The notes under the pieces are model-generated. The model made no database searches, was not told the DNA's origin, and was given only the letters and a program-made list of their open reading frames with translations. Position numbers and translations under genes: made by a program. From the NCBI GenBank assembly GCA_963822585.1, contig CAWGIE010000019.1, forward strand, positions 224,001 through 288,000: a DNA stretch of 64,000 nucleotides. Reading direction: 5' to 3'. Positions 59,545 to 64,000 of this stretch are shown here, piece by piece. The DNA comes from an uncultured bacterium. GTDB taxonomy: Bacteria > Auribacterota > Erginobacteria > Erginobacterales > Erginobacteraceae. Position 1 is the first letter of the stretch; the number at the start of each line of letters is the position of its first letter.

Positions 59545-61690
59545 TCACCGGGTAACCGGAATATCCCCGCTCCGACCAAAGTAGACACGAAACAGATCAC
59601 GGACCGCCCAGAGGGCGGTGGTATCACGGAAGATCCCGGCGTCGTCCTTCCCGTCCCCGTCATAGTCGGCCGGCACCGGCTGATCGGCGTCGGCGCCGAA
59701 GTAGGCCCGTGTCACCCCTCTCACCGCCCATAAGCCCGCGGCCGGGCGGAAGATCGCGGGCGACCGGGTGCCGTCCCCGCTGTAATCCCCGGGGACCGGG
59801 GTATCCGAGTATGAACCGAAATAGGCCCTGGTCACCTTTCTGATCGCCCAAAGACCCGAAGATTCTCCGAAAGACGGCGATATCCAGCGGTCCCGTCGCC
59901 GTCGTAGTCGCCCGGAACCGGGAGGTCCGATGGAGAAGCGAAGTAAACCCGGGTCACGCCCCGGACCGCCCAGAGGCCGGTCCGGGATCGGAAGACCGCC
60001 GGCTCACACCGGCCGTCCCCGTCGTAGTCGGCCGGGACCGGGGTATCCGGGGAGGCGCCGAAGTAGAGCCGGGTGATGTCCCTCGGATTGCCCAGAGGCC
60101 GGCGGCGGGTCGGAAGATGCCCATCTCGGCGGCGGGGGCGCCGCCGTAAACACCAGGGACCGGGACATCGCCCCCGGCGCCGAAGTAAGCTCGCGTCACC
60201 CCTCTCACCGCCCAGAGACCGGAAGAGCCCCGGAAGACGGCGATATCGGAGGTCCCGTCGCCGTCGTAATCGCCGGAATCGGGCCGCGCCAGGGCATTGT
60301 ATTCATCGGCGCCCATGTCCACTTTTCCCCCGTCGATCCGGGGATCGCCATAATAATCATACTCTCCCCGGAGGTCCGGATCCGACATGTCCCCGGCATC
60401 AATCGCCGCTGAGCCGAACCTCAGATGAAAGTCATCTCCGTCCGGATCTTCCAGGAGAGGATCGACAAAAAGGGAGGCCGCGTCCTGGGAAGTTCCGGCG
60501 CGGTAGTTCTCGAACCCCGTGTAGAGCGTTCCCCGCCAGTCGACCTCGGCCGCCGACGGGCCGGCGGCGGCGTAATAGAGGTTGTTGTCGAAAGTATTGT
60601 CGACGCTGCCGGTCTCGGCGTGGATGAGGATGTTCTGGGGTCCCGCCCACACGACGTTGTTCCGAATCCGGTTTCCCCCAGCCCAGTTGACGGCGAACTC
60701 CCCATTCCCATCCTTAAGGGTATCGTTTTTATAGAGAGTGTTGCCGGTAAATTCGCAGTCGTTCACCCGGCCACGGGCCTGCTCGTAGCCGCCGAAGACA
60801 ATCCCCGCCTTGTCGTTATCATACACGATATTGTTGCGAACGATCACCCCGGTGACGTTATACCCGGGGTTTTCCGCCCCGATCTCGATCCCCAGGTCGC
60901 ACTCATGGACACTGTTCCCTTCAATGACGATGTCCCGGCCCCCGTCCACGTAGATGCCGGCCGCGTATCCGCCGCCGTAGTTGGAACGAGCCCGGTAAAC
61001 ATGGTTCCCGCGGCAGACCCCTTCCCGGGCCACACCGTAATTGCCGGTCCAGCTCTCGCCGCCGATGAAGTCGATGCCGATGTTGTTCACGTCGTGAACG
61101 GTATTGTTGGTGACCTCGAACCCGGTGACGTTGCCGTTCAGGACCAGTGCTTCGCTCTGGGCGGGCTCGCAGTCATGGATATAGTTTCCATCGATGACGA
61201 CCCGGGAGATCGGGGTGGCGCTGTTCCCCAGGATCATGATCCCGACGGCGTCCGAGCCGGTCAAGCCGTACATCCGGTTGTTTCTGATCTCGATCCGATC
61301 GCCCCATCCCCGGACCCGGATGCCGGCGCCGTCGGAGACGCCGTGGGAATTGGTGACCTCGATCCCGCTGATCTTGAGATAACTCCGGTTCTCGATCAAG
61401 ATCGCATCGGTGTCGGCGTTCGGATCGACGGTCACCGTCGCCCCCGTCCCGGCCCGGAGCGTGATATATCCTGAGATCTCCGACCCGCTCCGGGGAAAAA
61501 CAAGCGCCTCCGGGTAGGTACCGGTGAGCACGGTTACGATGTCGCCGGCATGGGCCGCGTTGAGGGCCTGCTGGATGCTCGCGTAGTCACCGCCGGAAGG
61601 GGAGACGATGATTTCGTTGCTGCGGGCCGGACAGGAGAGCAGGAAGATTGCCGGGAAACAGATGGAGAGGCATATTTGCGGCATCTTCAT
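59545..61690 (-). pseudogene. Exported right-handed beta-helix protein whose six-repeat C-terminal module is frameshifted
   Basis: YASIQQAL...AGD.V....GTY and parallel beta-helix repeats; six DxDGDG-type repeats recoverable across frameshifts near 60078, 59885 and 59866, ending GDIPVTR at 59545. Confidence 0.7.
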
Positions 61691-61761
61691 TTTACCGCCC
61701 GGTGATATATTCCCGCTTCGGATTTTCCCCGATATTCATCGGGATCCCGATAACGATCTTG

Positions 61762-61995
61762 CTGTTTCGGAATTTCCCCGATAGCCATCGGGATCCCGAT
61801 TATCTATATATTTGAATAATGTATCGGGACAATAATCTTATTTTTTCTACGAAAAAATAGGAATGTGCAATCATTGAACCGACAGTGCGGGGATATTTTA
61901 AAGAAAATTCGTGTAATCCTTCGGCTACGCTCAGGACAAGTTTCGCGTAATTCATAGTTCTATTGAGTTGCCCGAGCGAAGCGAGGGCTGAGTTC
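61762..61995 (-). mobile_element. IS91-like mini-element, inverted copy of 22587-22844
   Basis: Reverse-complement match; GAAC start; CAAG beyond the ori-like end (CTTG at 61758-61761). Confidence 0.7.
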
Positions 61996-62071
61996 TATAA
62001 TTATATCATGCAAACACAGAGCGGGGAATGGGCAACGGGAGAAGCCCCGGAAGCCAGGAGATGATCTTGTC

Positions 62072-63124
62072 TTACCGACCCGCCGAGCGGGCGGGCGGAA
62101 GTGTGCTCGGCGCCGGCGGACCGTGGGACTTCAGGTAATTGGCGACGATCCCGGCCACGGCCTTGTTCCCAAACGCGGTGGGGTGGGCCGAGTCAAAATG
62201 AAAGACGGGATAGGGGGTCAAATCCGGGAATTTCTCAACCAGCTGGTCGAGAAGGTTGATAAAGGGCAGCCCGTTTTCCCGGCAGGGACGGATCACTACC
62301 TGGTAATTCTTCTCGTAATCGGCGAAGCGTTTCTTGCTCTCGAATTTGGGGAAGATCAGCACCAGCGGCTCAAATCCGAACCGGTCGGCCAGTTTCTTGA
62401 AGTCGGCCAGCCCCTCGGCCACGAAATCTCCCTCGTAGTAATAATCCCGCATCGATTCCCGGACATCCTCCTCGTCGGGGTCGAGGGATTTGAGCCGGAC
62501 GGCGCAGAAAAGAAAGAGTTTGCTTTTGGCCAGGACTCGGGCCAGGGGTTGGGTCAGCATATAGACCAGGCGGCTATTCCTGACCAGGGCCCCCCGGAAC
62601 CGCATGTCCAGTTCGGATTTGTTCCGGTGGTCGTTGAAGCAATACTGCAGAATCACCAGGTCGGGGTGATAAGAGAGTCCTTTTTCCTTGAGCAGTTCGA
62701 CCTCGTTAATGGTGTTGTAGCCCAGGGTTCCGAAGTTGAGAACCTCCCAGCGTTTGCCCCAGACGTTTTCCCGGTTAAGCAGCTGCTCCAGCTGAAAGCA
62801 ATAGGTTTCATCGTCCTGGAGGAAGACGCCCATGGTCACGGAATCCCCGATGCAGATGACACGGACCGTATCCGGTTTCTTCGTGTTCGGGTCGCAAAGA
62901 CGGCCCCGGTAGCCGTCCTGGTTGATCTCGATCGCCGTCTTCCGGTAATAACTGACCCCGCTGGGCTTGAGGGTATAACGGAGCCGGGGATTGGTGGAGA
63001 AGACGATCCCGTCGGACGAGATCTCGGCCGTGTCCGGGGCCAGACCCAGAATGCGGATCAGCGCTTCCATCAAAAGGAGCGCGGCCAGCACCGCGCCCCC
63101 CAGGAGAAAAAGATTCTTCTTCAC
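62072..63124 (-). CDS. Membrane-anchored SGNH/GDSL hydrolase
   Basis: N-terminal TM, GDSVTMG, NFGTLGYNT, FND and DSAHP blocks. Confidence 0.88.
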   Translation of the reverse strand: MKKNLFLLGGAVLAALLLMEALIRILGLAPDTAEISSDGIVFSTNPRLRYTLKPSGVSYYRKTAIEINQDGYRGRLCDPNTKKPDTVRVICIGDSVTMGVFLQDDETYCFQLEQLLNRENVWGKRWEVLNFGTLGYNTINEVELLKEKGLSYHPDLVILQYCFNDHRNKSELDMRFRGALVRNSRLVYMLTQPLARVLAKSKLFLFCAVRLKSLDPDEEDVRESMRDYYYEGDFVAEGLADFKKLADRFGFEPLVLIFPKFESKKRFADYEKNYQVVIRPCRENGLPFINLLDQLVEKFPDLTPYPVFHFDSAHPTAFGNKAVAGIVANYLKSHGPPAPSTLPPARSAGR

Positions 63125-63340
63125 CGCGAAATGACCTTCGTTACCCTCATTTTCCTATCCTACGATGTGCTCTTATTTCGAGATTTCCCCGATAGCCATC
63201 GGAGTGCGCATCCTGCACGCGATAAAATATAAGATACCGCGGATTAAGCGGATTTTCTTTTAATCTGCATAATCCGCGGTTAACTCAGTCATGAAGATCA
63301 GTTTACACCTAAATATATTACGTGAAACAGGAAACCGGTC

Positions 63341-64000
63341 TCACAAGGGAATATCGGAGTCCCAGGAAGCGAAATCGAGGCCGGTGACGGCAGCGGCGAC
63401 CGTGGCGGCCTCGGTGGCCAGATCCATGGAGGCGATCACCAGGGCGCCGGACCGGCGGACATCGACCGGAGGGAGATCCCAGGTGTGCTCCTCGCGGCGG
63501 ATACGCGCGGTTTCTTCCTCAACCGCCTGACGGAATTTCTCCAGGCCGGCGGGGGCTTTCGCTATCTCTTCTTCCCGGAAGAGATCGCGGCAATACCGGA
63601 AGTCCTCCTCGATACCCCGACGCAGATCTTCGAGGACATTCTCCAGACGCCCGATCGGGGGTCGTCCGGAAAGGCTCGCCCGGACCCGGAAGAGGGCGAG
63701 GAGACGGAAAGAGAGCACCTGGAGGAGCGGGAGCAGCCGTTCGACTTTCGCCCGCTCCTCCGGACGGAAGAAACGGAGCTGGGAGAGCCACTGCCGGCAC
63801 CCGTTCAGGAAGACGGGGGTGCGGTCGGAGACGGCGCGGCTGGTCCCTTCCAGCGAGATACCTCCCTTCTCCTTCAAGAGGGATTCCCGGAAGAGATCGA
63901 AGAGGCGGGCCAGATTCCGCAGAAGCTCCCGGCGGGGAACTGCCGGCCAGAGAAACCGGACTACCAGCGCTCCCAAAAGGGCCCCCAGGATGATGCCGAT
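63341..64000 (-). CDS. FUSC-like membrane protein, 3' part (5' end outside window)
   Basis: Frame open to the window edge: IGIILGALLGALVVRFLWP, then a helical cytoplasmic region. Confidence 0.55.
   Translation of the reverse strand: MGIILGALLGALVVRFLWPAVPRRELLRNLARLFDLFRESLLKEKGGISLEGTSRAVSDRTPVFLNGCRQWLSQLRFFRPEERAKVERLLPLLQVLSFRLLALFRVRASLSGRPPIGRLENVLEDLRRGIEEDFRYCRDLFREEEIAKAPAGLEKFRQAVEEETARIRREEHTWDLPPVDVRRSGALVIASMDLATEAATVAAAVTGLDFASWDSDIPL

Noticed and set aside
1..64000. tRNA, rRNA, transposase, integrase or prophage genes
   Set aside because: None recognised by eye; tRNAscan-SE or Infernal would be needed to exclude small RNAs

Overview
GC-rich bacterial chromosomal window. The protein style suggests a PVC-group or candidate-phylum organism, which is an inference. 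No rRNA, tRNA, CRISPR array, integrase or transposase gene is visible. Housekeeping genes (metY-metX, PHP histidinol-phosphatase, sixA, rnd, mtfA-like, aspT, THUMP methyltransferase, MFS, two histidine kinases and two response regulators) are mixed with accessory cell-surface loci. Four features stand out. (1) A minus-strand cluster encodes DUF3616, a VTC polyphosphate-polymerase domain, a DUF4956 membrane protein, an HlyD-like adaptor, and a 2466-aa exported protein carrying both a CotH-type kinase and a metallophosphoesterase; this is a candidate polyphosphate-fuelled extracellular phosphorylation system. (2) Five unrelated exported proteins, plus a remnant of a sixth, end in the same six-repeat DxDGDG/GLWAIRG module with a PV(T)R-type C-terminus, a candidate surface-display or sorting module. 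(3) About a dozen short non-coding elements share one end resembling an IS91 oriIS followed by YAAR and another end of GAAC/CAAG plus a hairpin; they carry different cargo and stack head-to-tail, like non-autonomous rolling-circle elements. (4) A 24-bp palindromic operator joined to a -35 box is shared by the promoters upstream of both giant surface-protein loci, next to a NarL-type two-component system. Also present: a Cys-rich [FY]xC-repeat peptide, a GNAT-deacetylase fusion divergent from a histone-H1-like gene, a MITE in an EamA pseudogene, REP-like doublets and several gene remnants. All family assignments come from motif recognition by eye, not database searches.
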